Source of the DNA: Octopus vulgaris
Lineage: Eukaryota
Reading direction: 5' to 3'
Assembly (NCBI GenBank): GCA_951406725.2
Contig: OX597818.1
Coordinates: 30,318,001 to 30,382,000, forward strand
Length of the DNA stretch: 64,000 nt
Below the pieces are notes generated by a model. That model did no database searches. It was not told where the DNA came from and saw only the letters and a list, made by a program, of their open reading frames with translations. The position numbers and the translations under genes were made by a program. Positions 1 through 12,417 of this stretch are shown here, one piece after another (the stretch's first letter is position 1; the number at the start of each line of letters is the position of its first letter).

Positions 1-174
1 TATATATATATATATATATATAAGCACACATACACACAGCCATACACTTATATATCATCATATACAAATATGTACCTACATGTATGTATGTATGTATATA
101 TATATATATATGAAATTGCAACCAAACCTAAAGGCTGTTAAATTTCGGAGAAAAGTGACCGCATAGGTCTTTTT

Positions 175-223
<49 letters not shown>

Positions 224-753
224 CACGCACACACAAACACACACATGCACATATACACACATATCTATATGATGTACATATACATATGTGTGTGTGTATA
301 AATTATGTAAATTTGAATCAATTCATTGCTTGCTCATTACAGAAAGAAAGAAAAGGAAAGAAAGAAAGAAAAAAGACACAAAACAGCCACAAATTTCTTA
401 GCTGTTCTGTAAAAGCTTAAATTTTATATTTTTTCTTTAACTAAACTTTAATTTTATATACATACACTCCTTCCTGTATTCCAATTTTCCAAATAATCAG
501 GGATTTTATCTGTAAAGATTACAAGCCCATATCTCTCTCTCTCTCTCTTTCTCATCTATTACCTTTCTTATACTACTACTACTACTACTATTATTACTAC
601 TACTACAGACAATGACAGTTGACATGAAAATAAAGTTAACAATTGCAGCATAGATACATATGTGTGTGTGTGTGCTTGTGTGTATATGTATGTCTGCATC
701 TATGCATATGATGTGTGTTTGTATTTATATATATATGTATATAAGTGTGTGTG

Positions 754-789
<36 letters not shown>

Positions 790-1210
790 CACACACACAT
801 TTATAGATGTATTTATGTATGGTTTCTGACTGAAGAACGAAGGCTTTGAATGACCCGTCTGTTTCTTATGTTCGTCCCTTCGTGCATTTCACGTTATTTA
901 TATTTATATATGTAAAGGTTTATTATATATACCTATACATGTATATGTGTGTGTGTGTTTGTATTTACATATGTGTGTGTGTGTATTTTTATATTTATGT
1001 ATGTGTGCACATATGTGTGTATATTTATTGTATCAATATAATATGTGGATTTATATAATCCAGAGGTAATCACAAAAAAGCTCCTTCATTGGACCCAGCT
1101 ACATACCACATGGTAAACTAATATGTAGGAATGTAAGGTAGAGTTCTTTGCAGTTGAAATCTAGTAAATCCAAGCATTGAAAATTATTTCATGAGAATTA
1201 TACAGAATAT

Positions 1211-1574
1211 AAAGAAAGTCAAGAAGTAGGAGATGAATATGTTTATTTCACCAGCTAATATCCATAGGATGATAGCCATTTTGCAGCCAACATCATACAA
1301 AAATTACCTATTTTAGTGTATGACAAATTATTTTACATATGTACACCAATATGTTGCTATAATTTGCATTGTACCATTCTACATTTTACAAAACTATGCA
1401 GATATAGAAAGCTAGCTCAGTCTGAAGAACTAGCCTTCTATAGAGGCATAGTTTTGCAAAATGTAGAATAGTACTCTACAATTTATAGCTGACACACTGG
1501 TGCAGACATGTAAAATCCTATGAATATCAACTGGTGAAATAAATATATTGATCTCATACCTCCTGACTTTCTTT
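1211..1574. repeat. Imperfect nested inverted repeat (foldback insert)
   Basis: 1211-1270 is the imperfect reverse complement of 1514-1574. An inner palindrome spans ~1331-1515 with CTGAAGA near its apex (1422). Confidence 0.85.
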
Positions 1575-1597
1575 AAATTATATACATGTATGTGTGA

Positions 1598-1646
<49 letters not shown>

Positions 1647-1796
1647 AATATAAGAGAGTGTCCACTATGTGGTTGACTCTTGCGCTAAAAATAGATCCAC
1701 TATGGTCTCAACCACCAAGAATTGTTTCCAAGGAGAATTAGCACAACTATGAGCGTAAATGAGCAGGACAAATGAAAAATAACATAAATGTAGATT

Positions 1797-1876
1797 AATT
1801 CTAGACAATTGTTTCGCTATTAATGAATTATGCAATTTTACTTACATAATATAATCCATAGTTCATCAGTAGAATT
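1797..1876 (-). ncRNA. Minimal type I hammerhead ribozyme motif
   Basis: Minus strand reads AAUUCUA-CUGAUGA-[helix II acuau...auagc]-GAAA-CAAUUG-UC-UAGAAUU. It has a 7-bp helix I, an intact core, palindromic helix III and a GUC triplet. The base of helix II is A.C instead of G-C. Confidence 0.8.
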
Positions 1877-2071
1877 TGTCTTGAATATAATTTACTAAAC
1901 CGCACGCTAGATTTTAACATAACATCAAACACACGTGTGGTTTAGTCAATTATATTCCCAGTTATGATTCGAATGCCCTCGCTATAGCGCACCAAAAATC
2001 CCGGAAACAAATACTGCATAAAAAATTTACTGCAGTATAATTAAAAACAAATTTTTTCACCCTTATTTTTG

Positions 2072-2131
<60 letters not shown>

Positions 2132-2627
2132 GAGGGAATATTATTCCAAACTTACAGGGAAAAATTCAATTTAGAAATACTAAATCAAATTTCACAAAAT
2201 ATAATATATATATATATAAGGAAAAAAACCACCTTTTATCAACACAACAATGAAAAATTAAATTATACCATTTAGAAAAATTATATATTATAGAAAGATT
2301 AAATATAAGATAAAACATATAACAATCATTAAGTAATGTGCAAAATAATAAATAAAATGTATATATTTGGTGTACATATATATATATATATTGGATAATA
2401 AAATGAATGGTTTACACCTGGTAGCCTACTGGTAAAGCACGGTCACTTTCAATGCTGTGATTAATAAATTCTTGTATATTCTATTTTCCGTTTTTCATTT
2501 GCCATATATATATATATATATATATATACAAATAGATAGATATATATTGTCAGTGAATCATAAATCCAAAGTGATAGGGCAATAGATAGTGATAGGGCAA
2601 AATCTAAGTGATAGGGCAATAGAGTAA

Positions 2628-2817
2628 TTAGATAAAGATAGTTATGGCTGGTCTATGGGGTTATCTTAGGTTTCACATCCATAAAGCACTTATCTTTACA
2701 GTGTTTCGTCAGACCCTAATGGCCATTCGGGTCTGAAGAGATGCCATAAAGCTAAGTACTTTATAGACGTAAAATCCAGGGCAACCCCATAGACTAGCCA
2801 TAACTATCTTTATCTAA
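2628..2817. repeat. 190-bp spacerless imperfect palindrome made of two back-to-back degenerate hammerhead motifs
   Basis: Symmetric about 2722/2723. Minus arm 2658-2716: GGGU-CUGACGA-..-GAAA-CCUAAGA-UA-ACCC. Plus arm 2729-2787: GGGU-CUGAAGA-..-AAAA-UCCAGGG-CA-ACCC. Confidence 0.75.
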
Positions 2818-2819
2818 GA

Positions 2820-2831
2820 TATATTTGTATG

Positions 2832-2918
<87 letters not shown>

Positions 2919-3020
2919 GTATGTATATATATGTATATGTATATATATATGTATATATACATATGTATATGTATATAGTATGTATGTATATATATATCAT
3001 CATCATCATCATATATATAT

Positions 3021-3061
<41 letters not shown>

Positions 3062-3121
3062 TATGTATATGTATGTGTGTATATGTGTATATATGTATGT
3101 ATATGTATGTGTGTATATATG

Positions 3122-3152
<31 letters not shown>

Positions 3153-3300
3153 ATATATATGTATGTATGTATATATATATATGTATGTATGTATATATAT
3201 ATGTATGTATGTATATATATATATGTATGTATGTATATGTATATGTATATATATATGTGTGTGTGTATGTATATATATATATTTGTATGTATGTATGTAT
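2820..3300. repeat. Compound (TA)n/(TATG)n microsatellite
   Basis: Direct reading; source of the YI/VC-repeat ORFs. Confidence 0.95.
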
Positions 3301-3301
3301 A

Positions 3302-3445
3302 AGGACTACTATGAAGTCACTTGGAATGGATCCAAAAGACATAGAAACTTGCTTTGGATCGAGTTGGATGGCAAACAAAAGTGTGCAGTGGAGTGAAAGC
3401 ATTTGAAGAGGCGAGGATAACGCATGTAAGACTCAAAAGCTTGAA
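3302..3445 (+). mobile_element. RTE-type LINE 3' coding remnant
   Basis: With one frameshift it reads [34 protein letters not shown], matching the RTE C-terminal pattern 'A.DR..W...V..G...FE..R'. Confidence 0.6.
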
Positions 3446-3821
3446 AATAACCATTATAATGCATATCTAGTAAAACTTAATTATAGACTGGTATTCATTT
3501 AGGATATATAAATGCATATTTTAGATTAATGCATTAGGACATGGGGACATGAACATCAAATACAAAGTTACTCATACATATTTTATTGAGCATACATATG
3601 CATACACATGCACAAATATGTATGCATACATATAAACATGTGCACATACACACATAAGCAAAAAATAAAATAAAAAATAAATTTATATATATATATATAT
3701 ATATATAGATATATATATAGATATATATATATATAGATATAGATATATATATATATATATATATAGATAGATATAGATATATATATATATTAGAAGGTTT
3801 GGAGATGATGTACAGGTATTT

Positions 3822-4047
3822 TATATTAGAAGAAATGAGGTACTCAGAAATTCGGATGGTTTTATATTTACAGATATTTATTTGTATATTACATGTATTT
3901 ATACATCATATAACTTGTATCATATATCATATATTAGTGCTTTCTCCCATTCTAGTGGGGTTTTCAAATCGAACATGTAATATACAAATAAATATCTGTA
4001 AATATAAAACCATCCGAATTTCTGAGTACCTCATTTCTTCTAATATA
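3822..4047. repeat. Perfect 75-bp inverted repeat with 76-bp spacer, next to (TA)n
   Basis: 3822-3896 is the exact reverse complement of 3973-4047. Confidence 0.95.
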
Positions 4048-4367
4048 TATATAAAGATAACAGATATTAAAAAAATTATAGGTAAGGGGATGTTATTTAT
4101 GCATTACTAAGTAAATAAGGTTTAATGATATTGAAGTTATAGATATAAATTCAGGTTCTATTAAGTATCTAATTAATGGAGTTTCAAGTTTTAGTAAATT
4201 AATGGTGGTAGATATTAAACTGAAAAATTAGTAATACTAATAATTGTAAGGCATGTGTAAGTGGATAACATCTTGATGTTCTCATTTAAAGATTATTAAC
4301 TATAAAAATATTTAATATTTCATATATGCACCAGGTATGATATTTAGATTCAAAATATACCTATGTA

Positions 4368-4399
<32 letters not shown>

Positions 4400-4415
4400 T
4401 ATGTATGTATATATA

Positions 4416-4462
<47 letters not shown>

Positions 4463-4578
4463 ATATAGATATAGATAGATATATAAAAGAAGTGTATATA
4501 TGTATAGATATATATGTATGTATATATATGTGTGTGCGTGTGTATGTAGAAGGTTGAAAAGGAACACACGAGTTGATA

Positions 4579-4972
4579 TATATGGAAAAAAAAAATGTCA
4601 AGGTAGAAAATGCTAAAATAATTTTATAAAAAACATTTCAGTACCGGTTTCAGTCATTGAGACTTTTTCAACTGTCAGTATGGAAAACAATTAAATTTTG
4701 GAAAAATTAAAAGAAAAGTTTTTTTTTAAAATATTTGTATAGTATTCAAATACAAGGGGCATTTTCTGCCTGTCTCTGTCTCTCTTGTTTATTTTTGTGG
4801 GTTCATAGTATTCTTTTAAAAGTATTCTTTTAAAAAACTTTTCTTTTAATTTTTTCCTAAATTTTATTGTTTCCCATACAGCTGAAGAAGTCTCAATGAC
4901 TGAAACCGGTACTGAAATGTTTTTTATAAAATTATCCTAGCATTTTCTGCCTTGACTTTTTTTTCCATATAT
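4579..4972. repeat. Inverted-repeat insert (~150-bp arms) between TA tracts, Penelope-terminus-like
   Basis: 4579-4730 versus 4830-4972 are imperfect reverse complements; both arms carry the hammerhead motif. Confidence 0.85.
4875..4919 (+). ncRNA. Minimal type I hammerhead ribozyme motif
   Basis: cauaCAG-CUGAAGA-AGUC-ucaau-GACU-GAAA-CCGG-UA-CUGaaaug; palindromic ACCGGU helix III region and a GUA triplet. The mirror copy at 4635-4683 (-) has a mutated core (UUGAAAA). Confidence 0.75.
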
Positions 4973-4974
4973 GT

Positions 4975-5358
<384 letters not shown>

Positions 5359-5395
<37 letters not shown>

Positions 5396-6290
5396 TGTGT
5401 ACACAGTGCTCAGGTGCACTACAACTCATCTAAAGTGTATATATAATCAGGTGTAGTTTCGACGGATTTCGGGAAGCATGAGGGCCTTAAAGGATGCAGT
5501 GTCATGGCAGTCAACAACTGATGCAGGCAGTTTATTCCACGCTTCAGCAACCCTGAGCATGAAAAAATGTTTCCGAAAGTCATGGGAGCTGTGCTGTTTT
5601 CTGACTTTGTAGGCATGTCCACGTGTGTTAGACACATGGAGATCAAAAAGGTGTTCAGTGTTGTTGTTGGTGAGGTGGTTGATAACCTTGTGGGTGTTTA
5701 CCAAGTCCGTCGCCAGACGCCGGAGCTTCAGTGAATCCATGCCCAGGGAAACAAGGCGCTCAGAATATGGTAGGTGTCTGATGGAGGGTATGCGTTTGGT
5801 TGCACGTCTCTGGACAGATTCCAGGAGGTCAATGTTCTGAGCAAGATAGGGATTCCAAACTGATGATGCGAATTCCAAGTGTGGTCGTACCATAGCTGTA
5901 TACAGTTTTAAATAGATGGCTGGAGAGCGGCTAACAAAAGTCTTGCTGAGTGATGCCAAGACACCCTCGGCCTTCTTGACAATTTTAGAGATATGCTTTG
6001 TCCAACGCAAATCACTGCTGACAGTGATACCTAGGTCACGCTCGCAAGAGGATTTCTTGATATCAGTCTGTGATCCATTGCTGCATTGTGTCTAGGTCTG
6101 ATTGCAGGAAAGAGTTGTAGACATCAGGATCAGTCCTCTTGATTTCAAGGTACAGCTTGATGTCGTCTGCATATTTCAATACTGTGGCATTCTTTAAATT
6201 GGCATCTATGTCATTAATGTATGCCACAAACAGGAGGGGACCAAGGACAGATCCCTGTGGTACACCCGATGACATCTCATATGGTGTAGA
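5359..6290 (-). mobile_element. 5'-truncated CR1-clade LINE (RT C-terminus plus 3' end)
   Basis: ORFs contain SGVPQGSVLGPLLF, KYADDIK, LYTAMVRPHLEFASSVWNP, LESVQRRATK and WNKLP. There is a (TAT)n 3' tail at 5359-5394 and an apparent internal deletion at ~6063. Confidence 0.92.
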
Positions 6291-6699
6291 GTGCTGTCCT
6301 AGAACTGTGGTGTGTATGTGTATTATGTATGTATATGCTAACTGTGCAGCATATTACTCTCTACATGTAAATCTACTTATATTTAACATATTGTCATTAT
6401 AGTGCACTCTATTCTCTATACTTATAAATACTCAATGAATGGTACTTACTTTCTTTAGCTATTCATGACGCTCCTTGTACTTACTATTGCCACCTGTATA
6501 TGCATTTACAGTCCTTTCTGTACTTATTCGAATAACTCTCTCTGTATATATGGTGCTTTCTTCATGTTGTCATCAAGCCTCTTCATTTCCTATTGACAGT
6601 TCTCTAGTTTTGTGCATATATGTGTGTATGTAGACGCTGGTGTCTGTGTATGCATATAGAGTAAGGTGGAATTTACTGATTACTATCAAGATTTTAAAT

Positions 6700-7600
6700 C
6701 AGTAACATCACAGAATACATTATATTATGTATTGTAAGATGCACCATAACATACATATCAAGGCACATCATACCATACATGGATTAACACAAGTTCTACA
6801 ATACACAACATATGTCCCAATATGTATCTTAGTTGTGATGTTTGCTACAACCCACCATCACCTATTTTCATAACATACATTACAATATGTATTGTAAGAT
6901 GCATCACAAAAGCATATCAAAACAAATCATAACATGCAGTCCTAACACATATATAATAATTCACAACTCCTGCATATATCCTAATATACATCATAGTTGT
7001 AATATTTGCTATGATACATCATCACATGCTACCATAATATTCATCACATGATGTACCATCACAATTAATCAACTTTATATAACAATTTACATACATACAT
7101 AGGATATTATGATGCACCATATATTACAATGTGTGTCTCAATGTTTCACAACATACATATTAACTTCATATTACATATACTACAACTCAAATGCATAGCA
7201 TACGTCATTTTAAGATGCAACATATGTTACACTTCACATACACATAGCAACAGGTTTATCTCAAATATGCACATGTATATACAAATACTCTTAAAAACAC
7301 CACAAAAATATCATATCATAAATATACTCCACATGTACTATATCAAAATGCAATAAACACCATATGCTATACCATGCTTACACAATATACATACATGCAA
7401 ACATACATGAGTAACAAGTGTAAAAATTCCCCTCTCCTACAGATACATATACATACCACTCATACAAACTTCACACATCACTCATGTATTCCTATGTATC
7501 ATGCTGCTGACACAACTTCTACAATACATATAACAGAGTGCATATTATATTAACATTGCATGCACATATAATATACACTACCACCTGTATATAAGTGTGC
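6700..7600. repeat. Degenerate A/C-rich, G-poor minisatellite-like tract
   Basis: TATGTATTGTAAGATGCA occurs at ~6726 and ~6886, with weaker copies near 7105 and 7208; strong strand asymmetry. Confidence 0.5.
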
Positions 7601-7619
7601 TTATATATAGTATGAAAAG

Positions 7620-10600
7620 ATCAAAGATAGCAGACTTATTGCACAAACTAAATATCTCACTGTAATATTAATAGAATTGAATCAGTTTCCTTCTTCAGCC
7701 ATTTTTTCCTCTAAAAGTTTCTCCAAACATTTCCCAATTTACACTTCCTTCTTTCAAAAACTGTACGTTTTAATAAGACAGTTTTTGAGTAGCTAAATTC
7801 TCTGGTGTGAGGTTTATTAAATTTCTTCAGTTATATCAAAGAAATCTTCCTAAATATATTTATAAGTAAATTACATGTTCAATAATGAAATATGAATTTT
7901 TAAATAACATAGTGCAAGGAAGATGAACAGAAACCATAGCTTTTGAAAACCTTCTCAGACTGTTGAAGTCAATAAGGTGATATTTAACTTGAACGTCTGT
8001 AGAAAAAATTCCAACTGAATGTCTGTAAAAAAAATTCAGACTAAAAGGTTGCATTTCTGGAGGGGAAGGATTGATTCTAGTGTTTAATATATGGTTTGGG
8101 AGTCATGGTGAGGACATGAGAGGAGAAGGAGATAGGGTAGTGCATCAGTTAGGCTTCAACAGAGCTACTATGTAGCTATCTTATCTAGGGAATCTGGCAC
8201 TATAGATATAATAGAAAAGATAGAGAACACATCATTTAAGTATGCTATTGGTTGTAGTGTACTGGTGATTGCAGGTTTACTAATCAGTCAGTTGGCCTTT
8301 ATTTGGATGTAAAAGTTTGTATAATAGCCATACTATATCAGATATGTGATATTATAATGTGAGTTGCACTTCTATTTTGTACAGTATCAGCAACTGTGCA
8401 GAACTGAAGTTTTTCAAGTTTAGACTCACTTAATTAACATATCTGTAGTGTTACATGAATGAACATACCTCGGTGCTGTTGAATAAGTTTAGTTTGTAAT
8501 GTGCCCATTGGAGAGGGTTTTCAATATCTCTGTTTATGGGAGCATCATCTTATTCATAATTTAACTTGACATAACCATAAGATTTAGTAGTATGTGGAAA
8601 CTCAACTTGCTTTTGGTTTTCAATAAGCATGTCTTCACTTGTGTTGTTGGAAAAGGCTTGAATGTTAAATCTTCTTGTTCTTCTCTTAATAACCTCACCA
8701 TCAACAAATAAAAATACATTAAGACATCACTGCAATCAGTATAAAATATATTTAGTATGGAACAAGATGTGTAGAAGGCAAGGAATAACAGACATAATAC
8801 TGATGATAATAATATGAACTTCAAAATTTAGGATTATTTAAGAGATCATTAATATATCAATTCTTCATAATGGCATGAGGTTGTTTAGGTTTTAACTCAG
8901 TGACATGCCATATTATGTCTATAAATAAATTAATCAAATTAATAACCAGTTGGTATGATTTATAATTTACAATTTTTTCTAATTTTAAGATCAAGATTTA
9001 GTTATAGTAATGGTTAAATAATAGCTACTTGTTTTAAAGCTGTACAGATTAGCATTAGCAGAATATTACTGGTTCTCGAATTCCTTTGATACATGTAGTT
9101 AGCAAATATTTACATTACGTATTTAACAAATGACATATGTAGTAGGATAATTCGGAGAAGCTTCTATTAAATGGAACTTAATCCAACATTTAATCTTTAA
9201 TGTTTGAAAGTTTAGTATAATCAATCTCAGCCATAAACTAGTTTTCATACATTCTCCATGTCTTTGTTTCATGTTCTTGCTAAACCCAAGTTTGTTGACA
9301 AAATTTCGTAAAGAAATATTCTGGTGAAATCCATCTACCATAACAGTTTAATTGCTGTTTATACCATCATCTATTAAAAATGATATGGTATTCATTTCAT
9401 TTAGTCACTCATTAGTTTGTATTTTGCTTATAGGTCTTTGTGTTTCATCTAGTCCAAGAAAGCAGTTCTACTGACTCATTAAAAACCTTTCCTGTGATAA
9501 CTCATTGTTGGTTTATTCTTGAAAATCACTTTGGTGCTGGTTGGTAACTTTGAAAATAACATCGTTATTTCCACATTTTTTCAATCATTTCTGAAAATTT
9601 TATAAGATTAAGCAAATAACCAACCCATTTTGATAAACTCAAAGTCCTGTCTTTAGGCACTCTTTCATTGAAGCAGAGACAATTATTCTAAAATAAGGCC
9701 GTAAAAAGGACTTAAACCTTAAAATGCCTAACATTATTGCCAAGTTAATTCTGTTTTCTGACCATATTAATCTTCAATGCATGTGCTAATTAATTTTCTA
9801 ATAACATTTTCTCAATTCCTGCAGTAAAGTACCATTAAAGAATTAATGATACTCTAACCAGTATTTTCTAAATTTCAATACATTGCTCTGTTATTCAATT
9901 ATTATTCTTCTTTCTAATTTTCACAATACTTTTACATGTTTATCCGTCCAAATACTACTGGAGATCTTTGACAAAATGCATTTAATAGTTCAGCTAATGT
10001 GCTGAGATTTTCTACAAATGACCTTTAATAATTACTCTTCATCTCCAAATACCTGACTTCTGTATTAGCTTCAGATTTTGTAACACACATTTTGTATTCA
10101 AAACAATCCTATCAATTATATATTACAGGTGTCAAGTTGCACTTGAAAAAAGACCTATAATTTTTGTAAGTGTTATTATAAACACTTTGGAGCTTATTTC
10201 AAATTTTTAAAAATTTCTTCAAATTTCTGTTGGGGTATGGTTATGCTATCAATATTAGCATCATACTTAGATTTTCCAGCTAACAGTTCCTAAATGTAAA
10301 CAAAATCAAACAATAAGCATACTCACAATCAAATTAAACAAAAATAATTCCAATCTGTAAGCTCATTTATTAGTCATCATGCTGCATGTGACTTTAAAAT
10401 CAATAAACATCCATGTAGTTTGATCAGACATTCTCTCTAATATTAATGGTTTGGACTACATTACATATTTTACAGGTCCTAACAGTCTGTACATTTCATC
10501 TGTATATCATGCTTTTACAGTTTCTGACTAAAAACTAGCAATGATTTGATATTCATCCTTATTTTCATTTCAAATTAAGAGCACAACCATTGGTTCATTT

Positions 10601-10700
10601 CACCACCTTTCATTTTAATGATGAGTTTTAAGAATTTTGTAACTTTGTATCTGGTCAACTGTAGATGGTTAATTACCCAGTTTCTGAAGTTTATTCGAAT
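7620..10700 (-). pseudogene. Putative decayed coding sequence of unknown origin (candidate endogenous viral or large-element fossil)
   Basis: Stop-interrupted protein-like frames, e.g. 8708-8453 FVDGEVIKRRTRRFNIQAF...QWAHYKLNLFNSTEVCSFM (one internal stop) and 10680-10330. No SINEs or microsatellites in the block. No family motif recognised. Confidence 0.35.
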
Positions 10701-10718
10701 TACCTAAACATAATCAAT

Positions 10719-11566
10719 AATACTGTACAAGCAAATTGTACAAGCAAACTGAGACATCCAAAATAATTTTTTTTCTCGAAAGAATATAATTTAATTGAAT
10801 ATAGGTTATCAACCTCAGAACCAAATTAGAACTTGTTGCATATTTCTGTCTTTTGTAATAGGCAAAACCACTTTGCTTTATTTTTTGCAATCAACTTAGT
10901 AGAAATAATTAGTTTTGCTAAAATACTGAATGCCAGAAAGAGTATCAAATCCTTTCTTATTAAACTAAGATAAACACAATTGCAGGAATTTATGCCTTTC
11001 AGCAATTTTGCAAAATGTCATTAAGACATTGTGTAACTGTTCTGGTTGTTAAAGTATTCAATAAAAAATTCCATCCTATGATAATTTGAATATCATTTGT
11101 CTCACTAAATAGCCACCAATCATGAAAAGTGCAACAGGAGTATGATGACAAATGTATTCTAATAATCAGTTAAAAAGAGTTCTGTAAAGATGTTAAAGAA
11201 GATAATGTTAATTAAGTTGGAATTATATGGCTGAAGAGGAATATCCTGGAAGATATAACAATAATAAAAACATTAATGTTATTGTTGTTTAATGTTTATA
11301 TCCAAATTACTGTTTGATGTAGTTTTTATACTAATGCATTACACAATACAGACAATCTCTATAATCAGCAATGAAATATGCATGCTGATTACTATATGTC
11401 TTATTAGACATACATTCAAAGGATATGAACTTGTTGCTATAAGGCCTGTAGCAGCTAAATTTATTCTTTGAAATATAGGGCATTTTCTCAGAGAAAGCAA
11501 TCATTCTATGTGCAAATTATTTGCTACTTATAAAATACTGTACAAGCAAACTGAAACATCCAAAAT
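10719..11566 (+). repeat. 33-bp direct repeat pair about 0.8 kb apart
   Basis: AATACTGTACAAGCAAACTGAAACATCCAAAAT at 11534-11566. The copy at 10719-10764 has one mismatch and an internal 13-bp duplication. Confidence 0.85.
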
Positions 11567-12417
11567 TGTTTTTACTTCTATGATCAAACGACATATATGA
11601 CTTAAACTTTCGACTTGACCAAAAATAATTGGTAATCATATAGACTTATACACTAGTTAAATATCAAATTATTTTGTTTAAGAAATTCATAATTTGTTGT
11701 TTTTTTTCCAATATGATTTAAGGACATAAAAATCAATTATCTAATTGTGAATATCCCTGAATTTTTTTTTCCATTAACCTTGTCTATCTTCTAAACAACA
11801 CTGCCATGAAAATGCCCTTTCGCCCACTAAAATAAAACTCTAACCTCTTTACTCTACTTTTGTAGACTCTAGGAAATGTCTGAAAATTAAATGAAGCAAT
11901 ATCCTTTCTTTCTCTCAATATTTTCATGTTCATTCAAAACTAAATCTGAAATCCGTATGTAAAGAAATTTGGTATTATTGAAAGGAAAATAAAATGACTA
12001 AAAATAATATTTTTGTACAGAACTCACCCACCCCCAGCAAAAATATGTTTTCCTAATGTTGGAAGACACTTTATTTACCTATTGACAACTCATCACTATT
12101 TAAGATGATTAAATTCAGTGGTATTGCTACCAATACAAACTTTTTAATTCCTTATTGGTACTCTTCTGGTTTAATTTTTTATATTTATACCACTGTTTAT
12201 CCATTTTATGGTTTGTTTCTCTTTTTTTTGTATTTTCTGTTGAGAATGACATTGTTCTGTAGATATGATAAAACTCCATTTTTTTCAGTTCAACTTATTC
12301 ATATATATTTAACATTCATTCAGACTCCCACACTCTAGAATATTGATTAGCCAACAATTAGCTTATTTATTTGTTTATCATGATTTGATATTTTCTAAGT
12401 TAATTTATTACTTCTAG

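Noticed and set aside
825-870. CTGAAGA followed by a weak hairpin
   Set aside because: No GAAA box or helix I complement.
1415-1470. CTGAAGA at the palindrome apex as a hammerhead
   Set aside because: GAAA and helix I are recoverable only by assuming several mutations.
9348-9395. Minus-strand FLIDDG, resembling an IDD-type RdRp motif C
   Set aside because: No recognisable motif A or B at suitable spacing; a short match is expected by chance.
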